Source: an uncultured bacterium | GTDB lineage: Bacteria; Acidobacteriota; Thermoanaerobaculia; Multivoradales; JAHZIX01 | DNA length: 64,000 nucleotides | NCBI GenBank assembly: GCA_965368975.1 | Contig: CBDUPA010000023.1 | Coordinates: 1-64,000, forward strand | Direction: 5' to 3' | In this document: piece after piece, positions 27,194 through 36,700 of the stretch | Position numbering within the stretch: the first letter of the stretch is position 1 | Layout of the letters: every line of letters starts with the position of its first letter | The notes under the pieces: generated by a model | The model's database searches: none | What the model was told of the DNA's origin: nothing | What the model saw: the letters and a program-made list of their open reading frames with translations, nothing else | Made by a program: the position numbers and the translations under genes

Positions 27194-28141
27194 CTAGCCG
27201 AGGCTGTCGAGATCGCTCAGGCTGGAGCGGTAGCGGCGGCTGACGCGGAGCTCCGTGCCGTCCTGAAGCCGTAGATGAGCGTCACCATGGCCGACCGCTC
27301 GCAGCTCCCTCACGCGTGCCGTGTTGACCAGGGTGGAGCGATGGATACGCCGGAAGCCGTGGACCTGCAAGCGGTGGTGGAGGTCTTTCAGCGGTTCGCG
27401 CAGCAGGTAGCTCGAAGGCCCTACGTGTAGGCGGCTGTAGTTGCCGTCGGCCGCGACCCAATCGACCTCCGCGGCATCGACCAGACGCGTCCGGTCGCCG
27501 ACGCGGACGCTCAGGCGTGGCGGCGTGTCCACTGGCTGTCGCAGCAAACCCTCGAGTCGCAGCTCGAGTTTGAGTGCCTGTAGCTGGGCTTCGCTGAGCT
27601 GAGCTTGGAGCGCGGCGGTCTCCAAGCGCCTGAGTTGCTGGCGGCGTAGCAGGTCGTAGGCTAGACCGGCGGCGCCGATGGCTGCGTAGCCGAGCAGGAA
27701 GAGCACGAAGCCGACGCTCATGTAGTGCAGCCAGCCGAGCCACAGGCTGCGTACCGACGCCTGGCTCAGCGTGCCTGCATGCCACATGTGGAGCAGTGCC
27801 AGGTAGGTGGAGTAGAGACAAGCCCAGCCGGCCGCCGTGCTGCTGTGCAGGGCGAACTCGCCGATATGCCTCGACCACTTCGCGCCTTGTTCTCCCGCGT
27901 CTTCACGCTGCCAGCGGCGGTGTAAGATCCAGTGCAGGAGGGCCGCAGAGGCGGCGGCCCAGGGCCACCACAGCAGGAGAGCGTCGGTCAACTCCCGCCA
28001 TATGGAGGCGGGCTTCTGTCCGAACACCAGGGAGACATACCCCTGTGCCGCGGTGGCGAGAACCAGCAGAAGCCAGGCGGCCCAGAAGACGAGTCGGCCC
28101 GGGGGCGCCGGAGTGTCGGTGCCTCGAAGGCGCGACAGCAT
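27194..28141 (-). CDS. Membrane-tethered LytTR regulator (LytS-type TM sensor fused directly to LytTR)
   Basis: About 4 TM helices, then the LQAQLSEAQLQALK coiled coil, then LytTR (VDWVAADGNYSRLH, FRRIHRSTLVN, LRVSRRY). ATG 28141 overlaps the upstream TGA. Confidence 0.82.
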   Translation of the reverse strand: MLSRLRGTDTPAPPGRLVFWAAWLLLVLATAAQGYVSLVFGQKPASIWRELTDALLLWWPWAAASAALLHWILHRRWQREDAGEQGAKWSRHIGEFALHSSTAAGWACLYSTYLALLHMWHAGTLSQASVRSLWLGWLHYMSVGFVLFLLGYAAIGAAGLAYDLLRRQQLRRLETAALQAQLSEAQLQALKLELRLEGLLRQPVDTPPRLSVRVGDRTRLVDAAEVDWVAADGNYSRLHVGPSSYLLREPLKDLHHRLQVHGFRRIHRSTLVNTARVRELRAVGHGDAHLRLQDGTELRVSRRYRSSLSDLDSLG

Positions 28142-29007
28142 CAGTTCGCGGACGAAGGCTGGCGCACTTCGTAGCGCAGCACCTGCTCGCCCATGGACAC
28201 CTGCAGCGTCCACGACCCTGCCGGCAAGATTTGCGCCGGCACGGTGAGCGTGAAGTGACCATCGGTGTTGCGCAGCAGGCCGTCACTACGCCAGGCTGGT
28301 TCGCCTCCGGCATCGAGGATCTCGACGCTGGCACCGGAGGTCTGTGACGTGCCCAGAGCGCCGTCGAGCAGGACCAGCGTCAGCAACGGGCTGTTGGGCG
28401 GAATCTCGACGTCGTTGACGTAGGCAGCTTCGGCTGGGGGGCGAGAACCGCGGGAGACGGCGGTCGGGGTGCTGGCGAGCAGGTTGACGACCGGCGTGTT
28501 GAGCAAGGGGCCGAGGTCGTCGGTGGTGATCTGCGGAGCGAGCAGGCTGTAGATCAAGGCGACCGCGAGCACGACGGCGATCAGCGAGGCCGCCAGGGCC
28601 CAACGACGCCACGATTGGGCGCTGCGGCTCACACCTGGCTCCTGTGGACGACGGAAGGGCAAGGGAGCTGCATCCTCGGCTGTAGGCTCACAAACCAGTT
28701 CGAGTTCCTGCTGGCACTCGGCACACGCTTCGAGGTGATTGCGTACCAGCGTCAAGCGCGGGCTGGCCTCCAATTGCCCGAGGGCGAAGTCGACCAGGTC
28801 TTCCGCCGGTACGTGACCAGCATGCAGATCGCGGGCGCGGCGCGTGGCCCGCAATTCCTCGCGGCACGCATCACAGGTGCGCAAGTGTTGCTCCACCAGC
28901 CGCGCTTCGTGCTTGTCGAGGGTGCCATTCAACCACCAGGGCAGCAATTCGCTCACCGTCCGGCACTCGAGGCCCGAGGTCCCGCTCGACGCGGCCTGTT
29001 CCGACAT
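28141..29007 (-). CDS. Anti-sigma factor with two zf-HC2 domains, one TM helix and an extracytoplasmic domain
   Basis: HLRTCDAC and HLEACAEC; WALAASLIAVVLAVALIY TM helix. Confidence 0.88.
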   Translation of the reverse strand: MSEQAASSGTSGLECRTVSELLPWWLNGTLDKHEARLVEQHLRTCDACREELRATRRARDLHAGHVPAEDLVDFALGQLEASPRLTLVRNHLEACAECQQELELVCEPTAEDAAPLPFRRPQEPGVSRSAQSWRRWALAASLIAVVLAVALIYSLLAPQITTDDLGPLLNTPVVNLLASTPTAVSRGSRPPAEAAYVNDVEIPPNSPLLTLVLLDGALGTSQTSGASVEILDAGGEPAWRSDGLLRNTDGHFTLTVPAQILPAGSWTLQVSMGEQVLRYEVRQPSSAN

Positions 29008-29011
29008 GAGC

Positions 29012-29614
29012 CTACTTTACAGCTTGACGGCGTTCTGGGGAACCCTCGTCGTGTGCTGGCTGTTTCGGCTCACCGTGGTGCGTCTGCCACCAAGCCAGGG
29101 CGCGTCGACGGCAACGCAGCACGCGCACGCGCAACGTGCCGGTCGCGATGCCCAGCTCGTCGCTCATCTCGCGGTAACTCTTGCCGGCCAGAATCAGCGT
29201 CCACAGCCGGCGGCAGTCGGCGGGCATCTGGTGCATCAGGTGGTGTAGCCGGGTCACGGCTTGGGCCTCTTCGATACGCCGCAGCACGGAGGGTCCGCGC
29301 GCCCGTGGCTCGGGCAGGTTGTCGTCCTCTGCGCTGACTTCGCGCGAGCGTTTCTGGTCACGCAGCAAGTTGAGACACGTACACTGTGTGACTCGCCACA
29401 GGTAGGTGCGCAGCCGCGAGTCGCCGCGGAAGGATCCGGTGCGCAGCAGGCTGGTGACTTCGAGCAGTAGCTCCTGCTCGACATCCTCCCAGGGCATGCG
29501 CAGCGACACCCGGAAGCGCCTGCCTGCCTGCCCCAACCACTGCCGAATCTGGGCCACTGCGTTGGCGTCGCCGTTCAGGAAGTCCGCGATGAGCTGCTGA
29601 TCGTCTCCGTGCAT
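29012..29614 (-). CDS. ECF RNA polymerase sigma factor
   Basis: EDVEQE, FRGDSRLRTYLWRV (region 2); KSYREMSDELGIATGTLRVRVLRCR (region 4). Confidence 0.9.
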   Translation of the reverse strand: MHGDDQQLIADFLNGDANAVAQIRQWLGQAGRRFRVSLRMPWEDVEQELLLEVTSLLRTGSFRGDSRLRTYLWRVTQCTCLNLLRDQKRSREVSAEDDNLPEPRARGPSVLRRIEEAQAVTRLHHLMHQMPADCRRLWTLILAGKSYREMSDELGIATGTLRVRVLRCRRRALAWWQTHHGEPKQPAHDEGSPERRQAVK

Positions 29615-29758
29615 GATCCCCGGTGTCAGGAGCTGTGCTCGAGTGTCTTGGTGCTTGTCACTAGTGAAGTTGTCATTAGTGAAATAGACATTCGTACACG
29701 GGGAATTCCCGCGATAGCTCTGGTGTGAGCACTCCAAGGGTGCTTCACGAATAGGCAG

Positions 29759-29789
29759 TGTAACGCTTCCGGGCGCTTCGGTGACTAAC
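29759..29789 (+). promoter_or_regulatory. Putative ECF-type promoter upstream of the defensin-like gene
   Basis: TGTAAC -35 (AAC motif) followed about 17 nt later by TGACTAA. Confidence 0.45.
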
Positions 29790-29865
29790 CCTCTACGAGG
29801 TTCAGCCCGTTCAGCGTGAGCGGCATCCTCAGGTCACTTTCTACGAACCAAGGAGGTTCAACACC

Positions 29866-30198
29866 ATGAAGAACACTTTCCTCAGTCTGCTCGCCGTCCT
29901 GTGTCTGGCCGCGCTGATCTTTGCGCCGCTGACCTTCGCCAACGAAGCCCCTGCCGACGTGCCGGTTGCCAACCAGACGCTGGATCTCGCGGATATCGTC
30001 AACCCCCAGTCGAGCGTCGAGACTACGGGCGCCGAGATGTCCACGGACACCCCGAGTCCCGACTTCATGCAGGGTCCCTATCCTGGGCACGCTGCCTGCT
30101 TCGACTTCCACGACGAGTGCAGCATCTACTGTGCCCTCCAAGGCTATCTGTACTACAGCGCCAACTGCAACAATATGACCTGCAGCTGCTACAGCTGA
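29866..30198 (+). CDS. Secreted prepropeptide with CSαβ defensin-like six-Cys C-terminal domain
   Basis: AAGGAGG RBS; signal peptide (..LTFA|N); acidic pro-region; C-x6-C-x3-C-x11-C-x4-C-x-C. Confidence 0.78.
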   Translation: MKNTFLSLLAVLCLAALIFAPLTFANEAPADVPVANQTLDLADIVNPQSSVETTGAEMSTDTPSPDFMQGPYPGHAACFDFHDECSIYCALQGYLYYSANCNNMTCSCYS

Positions 30199-30281
30199 TC
30201 GTCATGTCTGTCGGATGAACGTCCTGCCCGTAGGATGTTCGATAGGGGGGTCTCCTTGAGGGGGGAGGCTCTTCTTTGCAT

Positions 30282-33200
30282 CTAGCGCCAATCGCCGTTC
30301 AGCTGAAAGCCTGCCCAGTGGAACGGGTGTGCTGCTCCCGGCAGAGCCAGCAGGTCCATCTTGGCGAGTCGCAGAGATTCGGCCTTGTTCTTTCCTTGCC
30401 TGAGGTAGTGATAGAAGCGTTGCATCAGCTGGCTGGTCGAGGCATCGTCGACCTGCCACTGCGACGCGAGCACCGAGCGCGCACCCGCGAACTGGAAAGC
30501 TCGAGTCAAGCCGATGAGGCCCTCGCCGCCGGCTTCCGTGCCGAGTGCGGTGTCGCACGCCGAGAGGGTGACCAGATCGGCGTCGAGCCGCAGCTCTTCG
30601 AAGATTTCCCATACTTGCAGCAGGCCGTTTTCCCGCTCTTCTCGTCCTGGCTCCGGCAAGTTCTCATTCTTGGGTAAAGCCAGCGCCAGCGCTGACTCGA
30701 AAGGGGAGCGGTCGTTGAGTAGGCCGTGGCAGGCGAAGTGCACCAAGTCGGCCTGCCCGGCCAGGGCCTTGACGCGCTCTTCTGTCGCGGCGTCGCCGAG
30801 GAACCCCAGGGATTCGGGGAAGAGACGCTGCAGGGCACGCACTTCGGCGCGGCTTCCCGGTAGCTGAGGCAAGCTGCCTGACGCAGGTGTACCGGCCACG
30901 GCTTCACGGGTGTACTCGGGGTCGCCGAAAGCGACCAGGCGTTGTGCGGAGTCCGCCCGTCGACGATCCTTCAGCTGGGCGAGGACCGTCACCGAGGCGG
31001 CAAAGTGCAGTGACTTGCTCTGGGCCAGGTAGCGTGGTGGTCCGGGGACGGACGGATCGGCGAGGACGCCGAACGGCAGCCGGTGCAACGGACCATCGGC
31101 GACAAGCAGCAGGCGCTCGGCGCGGTGGATCTGGTCTGTCGCCGGCGCCAGCAGCAGCGCACTCAGACGCCGGCTGTGCGCCAGCACCGGTTCGACGCGC
31201 GCGTCCGTGGTGCCGCGTGCCAGCAGCCCGCGCAGGCGTTCGACCTCGGCGGCCAGTGGCTCGTGGCTCGTGGTTAGCTCGAACATGGCGAAGTCCGAGC
31301 GCCCCGGTCCAACCGCGAACAGGAAACTCGTCGCCTCGCCGATGACGTACGACAGCAGCAAGGTGCCCGGGTCGAGCGCGGCCCGTGCAGCTGTCAGGTC
31401 GAGGGGGACGGCGTGGTCGAGGTCGGCGAGCTTCGGGGCTTCCGTCCGGATGCGCGATGCCAGCTCGTGCTGCTCTTGGCGCACTCGGATCAGTCGCTGT
31501 CGCAGCTCTTCGCCGCGCTCTTGCGAGACCGGGGTCGTGGTCAGTTCGGCGTACAGGCGATCGTACTCGGCGTTGACGAGCCGCCGCTCACGTTGCAGCG
31601 CTGCAGGTAGCTCCTGGTCGAAGCTCAGGTCCCGGCGCGCCATCAGGCGCAGCAGTCCGCGGGCTCGGTAGCGTTCCGAGATCTCGAAGGCTGTTGCTTG
31701 CCACGCTGGTGGCCTTGCCTGCTGCAGCAACTCGATCATCTCGTGGTAGTAGGCTGAAAACTCAACGGCGAAGAGGCTGTGGTTCTCGGCGGATCCGCCA
31801 GCGCGCAGCTGCTGGGCTTCCAGTGCTCGCAGGGCTCTCTGGTGCAAGGACAGGGCGTGCGTCAGCTGGCCTTGCTGCCGGTAGAGACGCGCCAGCTGCA
31901 GCGCCGCCTCGGCTTCTTCCAAGGTGCCGGCAGGACGAAGGAAGCTGGGGCCCAAGGATTCCTCTAGCAGAGCCACGGCTGTCGCGGCGTCGGAGTGGCT
32001 CAAGACGGTCGCCAACAAGTGCAGGCTGCGCGCTACGGACAGGCTGTTCGGGTCGATCGCCCGTTGGATCTCCAGTGCCTGACGCTGGTAGCGCTCGGCT
32101 GCGTCGAGTTCCCCCTGGCGCAGGGCGAGCTGGCCCAGATTGTGGAGACCAAGGCTATACGGCAGGCTGTCGGGCAGCCGTTTTTCCAGAAGAGCCTGTG
32201 CGCGTTCCTGGTAGGCGCGAGCTTGCAGCAGCTGACCGCGTCGTGCGGCGACGTCGGAGAGATTGCTCAGGTTCAGGCTGACGTTTGGGCTGCCGGGGGA
32301 GAGCTGGCGGTTGATCTCCAGCGCCTGCAGGTGGTAGGCCTCCGCAGCTTCCAGGTCGGAGCGTACAAAGGCGATCGAGCCGAGCAGACTCAGGCAGCCC
32401 GCGGCCCCGAGGCTCTGTGGTGCTTCCCGTTCGAGGCTGCGGCGCACCAAGGTCTCGGCACCTTCCAGGTCACCGCGAAAATACGAGACTGTCCCCAGGT
32501 TGTACAAGACTCGAGTTCTTTCCGGGCTGCGCGGATCGGTCTGCTCTGTGATGTCCAGAGCACGCTGGAGGTATGTCTGGGCGGTCACCAGGTCTCCGCG
32601 AGTCTGCTGCAGGAGTCCCAGATTCATCAGCGCTCGCACCACCGACATGCTGTTGGGCGTCCAGTGCTCGGCCAGGTCGAGACTGCGCTTGAAGTACATC
32701 TCGCTTTGCTCGAGGTCGCCGAGCCGGCGGTGGACGATGCCCAGGTTGTTGAGCACGGTCGCAGTGGACTGTCCTTCCGGGGCCAGGTCGAGACAGATTT
32801 CGAGCGCCTGGTTGAGCAGGATGCCCGCTTCGTGCACCTTGCCGTGGCGCCCGGTGGCGACGCCCAGGAAGTTGAGCACGCGCGCAACGCCCAGACTCTG
32901 TGGCTCCTGCTGCTGGCGCAGATCCAGCGCGGCATGGTAGTACTTGAGAGCCTTGCCCAGCTGGTCGAAACGCTCGGCGATGCGTCCCCGGGTCTCGACG
33001 ACATGGATCTGTACCAGAGTGTCCCCAGACTGCACGGCGGCCCGCGCAGCCGCGTCGAGCGGCTCCTCGGCGGCCGCCCAGCCGGTATCCGCCGGTATCT
33101 GCCGCGCTGTCAGTACGTAGAGCCAGGCCGCCGTGCCGTGGTCTCCCGCCGTCTGCAGCTGCTGCGCCAACCGCGTCCAGGCATCGTTGACCGGGCCCCG

Positions 33201-33722
33201 CTGCACATCAGCTTGCCGGCTCCAGCCTTGCTGGTAGAGCGCCCGGTCGTCCGGGTGCAAGAAGGCTCGCACCGTGAAGTCCCAGGCTTCGGGACCGACG
33301 GTCCAGACTCTGGGCAAACCACCGCGCTGTCCGTGTAGGACGACCGGCCCCAGCGGTCCGTGTTCGAGTTCGACCTCGTCGAAGTGAAACGGCGTGAGCA
33401 GCGGTCCGGACGCCGCCGCTGGCAGGCGCGGAGAGGTCGGTAGCCGTTGCCAGGAGAGTAGTTCGTCTCCCGGTCGCAGCCCTGCCGCGGCGGCGGCAGA
33501 TTCCGGGTTGCAGGACTCGACCACGATGCGCTGCAGCTGTGCGCTGGGTTCGCGGTTGGCAGCCGGCGGCGGGTTGGAAGTTGCTGGTGCAGCGGCCGCG
33601 GAGGTCAGCCACAGCAGCAAGATCCACGCCCAGCTCAGCAGGGCCGTGGTCGGTGCACGGGTGGCGTCAGTGCGGTGGGTCTGCGGGGTTCCTCGTCTCT
33701 GTCGACGTTCGATAGCGGTCAT
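30282..33722 (-). CDS. Exported PDZ-TPR-CHAT (caspase-like, clan CD) protease
   Basis: N-terminal hydrophobic segment; PDZ-like AAAAAGLRPGDELL; many ~42-aa TPRs; CHAT motifs DGPLHRLPF, HFACHG (His), LVTLSACDT (Cys), HPFHWAGF. Confidence 0.92.
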   Translation of the reverse strand: MTAIERRQRRGTPQTHRTDATRAPTTALLSWAWILLLWLTSAAAAPATSNPPPAANREPSAQLQRIVVESCNPESAAAAAGLRPGDELLSWQRLPTSPRLPAAASGPLLTPFHFDEVELEHGPLGPVVLHGQRGGLPRVWTVGPEAWDFTVRAFLHPDDRALYQQGWSRQADVQRGPVNDAWTRLAQQLQTAGDHGTAAWLYVLTARQIPADTGWAAAEEPLDAAARAAVQSGDTLVQIHVVETRGRIAERFDQLGKALKYYHAALDLRQQQEPQSLGVARVLNFLGVATGRHGKVHEAGILLNQALEICLDLAPEGQSTATVLNNLGIVHRRLGDLEQSEMYFKRSLDLAEHWTPNSMSVVRALMNLGLLQQTRGDLVTAQTYLQRALDITEQTDPRSPERTRVLYNLGTVSYFRGDLEGAETLVRRSLEREAPQSLGAAGCLSLLGSIAFVRSDLEAAEAYHLQALEINRQLSPGSPNVSLNLSNLSDVAARRGQLLQARAYQERAQALLEKRLPDSLPYSLGLHNLGQLALRQGELDAAERYQRQALEIQRAIDPNSLSVARSLHLLATVLSHSDAATAVALLEESLGPSFLRPAGTLEEAEAALQLARLYRQQGQLTHALSLHQRALRALEAQQLRAGGSAENHSLFAVEFSAYYHEMIELLQQARPPAWQATAFEISERYRARGLLRLMARRDLSFDQELPAALQRERRLVNAEYDRLYAELTTTPVSQERGEELRQRLIRVRQEQHELASRIRTEAPKLADLDHAVPLDLTAARAALDPGTLLLSYVIGEATSFLFAVGPGRSDFAMFELTTSHEPLAAEVERLRGLLARGTTDARVEPVLAHSRRLSALLLAPATDQIHRAERLLLVADGPLHRLPFGVLADPSVPGPPRYLAQSKSLHFAASVTVLAQLKDRRRADSAQRLVAFGDPEYTREAVAGTPASGSLPQLPGSRAEVRALQRLFPESLGFLGDAATEERVKALAGQADLVHFACHGLLNDRSPFESALALALPKNENLPEPGREERENGLLQVWEIFEELRLDADLVTLSACDTALGTEAGGEGLIGLTRAFQFAGARSVLASQWQVDDASTSQLMQRFYHYLRQGKNKAESLRLAKMDLLALPGAAHPFHWAGFQLNGDWR

Positions 33723-33730
33723 GGCGCATG

Positions 33731-36700
33731 CTACAGCAGCTCGTTGACGTCCGCCTCTGACATCTCTTCGATCTCTGTGAGCAGGTCATCCAGGTCGTCC
33801 ACTCCGACGACTTCGGCTTGCTCACGCGCCACGCGCACGCTCAGGCCGGCGACGGTGGGGGCTTCGAAGACGGCGCGCAGGGGCACTTCGACGCCGATCT
33901 GATCGCGGATGGCGGTGACCACTCGGCCGGCGAGCAGGCTGTGGCCGCCGAGGTCGAAGAAGTCATCACGCACGCCGACGCGTTCGACGCCGAGCAAGCC
34001 TTGCCAGATGTCGCACAGGGTGTGCTCGAGGTGGCTGCGCGGTGCCAGGTAGGCAGCGGTGGTGCTGCCCGGCCAGCCACGGTCGCGCAGCGAGCCGCGG
34101 TCCAGTTTGCCGTTGGGCAGATGGGGGAGGCTACGCTCAGCGACAAGGGCGGCGGGTACCTGGTGGCTGGATAGGGCGGCTTCGAGCTGCTGGCGGATAG
34201 CGTCGAGGTCCAGATCCTCGGACGGGTCACCTTCCGGGACGACACCTTCCGGGACGATATAGGCCGCCAGGCGGGTGTCGCCCTCGACCTGGATTGGTAC
34301 TACGGCGGCCTCGCTGATCTGTGGCAGGCCGGCGAGTACGGTTTCGGTCTCGCCGGGTTCGACGCGCACCCCGCGCACTTTGACCTGCTGGTCGAGACGG
34401 CCGATGAACTCGAGTTCGCCGAGCGGATTCCAACGCACCAGGTCGCCGGTGCGGTAGAGGCGCCGGCCACCCGTACCCGTACCAGAGCCAGTCCCGGAGG
34501 CGGGATCGGGGACGAAGCGCTCGGCGGTGAGGGCAGGGCGGCCGAGGTAGCCGCGCGCCAGTCCGTCGCCACCGGCACACAACTCGCCGGCACAACCGAT
34601 CGGTACTGGTTGGCCGTGGCGGTCGAGCAGAGAGACGTGGGTGTGCGGCAGGGGCCGGCCGATCGGTACGGTGCGTGCTCCGGCCGGGACGCGACGCACG
34701 CGGCCGGCGGTGGTGTAGGTGGTGTTCTCGGTCGGGCCGTAGACGTGCAGCAGGCGCTCGGGGCCGCCGGGAGATTCGCTGAGCACGCGGCGGATGCGTG
34801 CCGGGTCGACCAGCTCGGCGCCGTACTGCACCTGAGTGATGGCGGCGAGGGCATCTGGAGCGAGCTCCTGCATCTGGTAGAGCACCGAGGTGAGGACGAA
34901 GAGGTTGCTCACGCCTTGCTGGCGCAGCGCGCGCGCCAGGCGTGCCGGGTCGCGTTGCAGCCGGCGGCGAATGCCGACGATGGTACCGCCAGTGAGCAGC
35001 GGCGCCCACAGCTCCCAGGTGGCGGCGTCGAAGGCAATGTTGGCGACCAGGGCGACGCGTTCGCCGGCTGCGGGTAGCGTTTGTGGAACGCCGTGTAGTC
35101 CTTCACTGGGTAGCCCTCCACCGGGTAACCCCTCACTGGATAATAGGCCACCGCCGAGCACCAGGCGGTGGACGGCGCGGTGGGGGATCGCGGCGCCTTT
35201 GGGGCGGCCAGTGGAGCCGGAGGTGTAGATGACGTAGGCTAGGCTGTCGGCCCGGGCTTGCTCCGAGATTCTCTCGGTCTTAGCGGGAGAATCCGTGAAT
35301 TGTGCGGCGACAATGTTTAGGGCCGAAGATTCGTCGGTAGACGGGGCGAATTTCTGCTCTTCTTCCGCCATGTAGCGTGACGCGGGCAGTTCCAGGGCGT
35401 CGAGATGCCTTGGGTGGCCGAGGACGCAGACGGCGCCGCTGTCTTCGAGCAGGAAGCGTTGGCGCTCGACGGGATCGTCGGGGTCGAGCGGCAGGTAGGC
35501 GCCGCCGGTGTGCAACACGGCGAGGACGGCGATGATCAGCTCGGGGGAGCGGCTGAAGCACAGACCGACGCGCACATCCGGGCCCAGCGGTAGCTCGTGG
35601 GTAGCGGCTTGGCGCCGCAGTCGGGCGGCCTGGTGGCGCGCCCGGGCGTCGAGCTGGAGGTAGCTGAGATGAAGTCTGCCATAGACCACGGCGACGGAGT
35701 CCGGCTGCCGATGCACGATAGCTTCGAAGGCGGGCAGCAGGGTCAGGTCGTCGTGTCTGCTCGTGGACTGCCTTCTCGCGGACTGTCTTCTCGCGGACTG
35801 TAGCGTCGCTGAGGAGCACTCGGCGACGCTGCTCCATTCGTGGAGCAGCTGGTGCCGCTCACTGGCGTGCAGCCACTCCAGGTGTTGCACCGGCGTGTAC
35901 GGTTGTTCGAGTCCGGCGCTGAGCAGGGCCTGGTAGTGGCGCATCCAGCGCGCGACGGTGGTAGCGTCGAACAGGTCGGCATCGTAGGAGGCAGCGCCGC
36001 TGAAGCCGCCTCCGGGTCGGCTCTGGAAGTGGACTTCCAGGTCGAAGTGGGTGGCGTGGAAGTCGAGCGGCAGCGGTTCGAGCTGCAGAGCTTCCGTCGC
36101 CTCGCCGCCGAAGTCGACGCGCGGCTGCGGCAGGTCTTGCAGCGCGAAGCTGACCTGCAGTAGCGGCGTGCGCGACAGGTCGCGCTGCGGCGAAAGTTCT
36201 TCGACCAACTTCTCGAACGGCAGGTCCTGGTGCTCGTAGGCGCCCAGCGCGGTGTCGCGGATCTGCTCCACCAGCTGCTCGAAGGAGAGTTCCCGGCGCC
36301 CGCCCTCGTCGTCTTCGGTGCGCAGTCGACAGCGCAGCGCCAAGGTGTTGACGAAGAAACCGATCAGCCGTTCCAGCTCGGCCAGCGGCCGGCCGGCTAT
36401 CGGCGAACCGATGACCACGTCGTCCCGTCCGTCGACGGCACCCGCGAGGCGGCCGGCGGTGGCGGCGAAGCCGGCGAGCAGTGCCATGAAGGGTGTCAGG
36501 CCTCGGCGCTGGCTGAAGGCGTGCAGGTGGTGACTGAGGTCGTCGGGCAGGTGGACGGCCAGGCCTCGGCCGCGGAAGCGCTGCAGACTGCGGCGCGGGC
36601 GGTCGGTGGGGAGTTCGAGCGGCGGCGGCAGGCTGGCGGCTGGGCTGGTACCGTCTGGATTGGTACCGTCTGGATTGGTACCGTCTGGATTGGTACCGTC

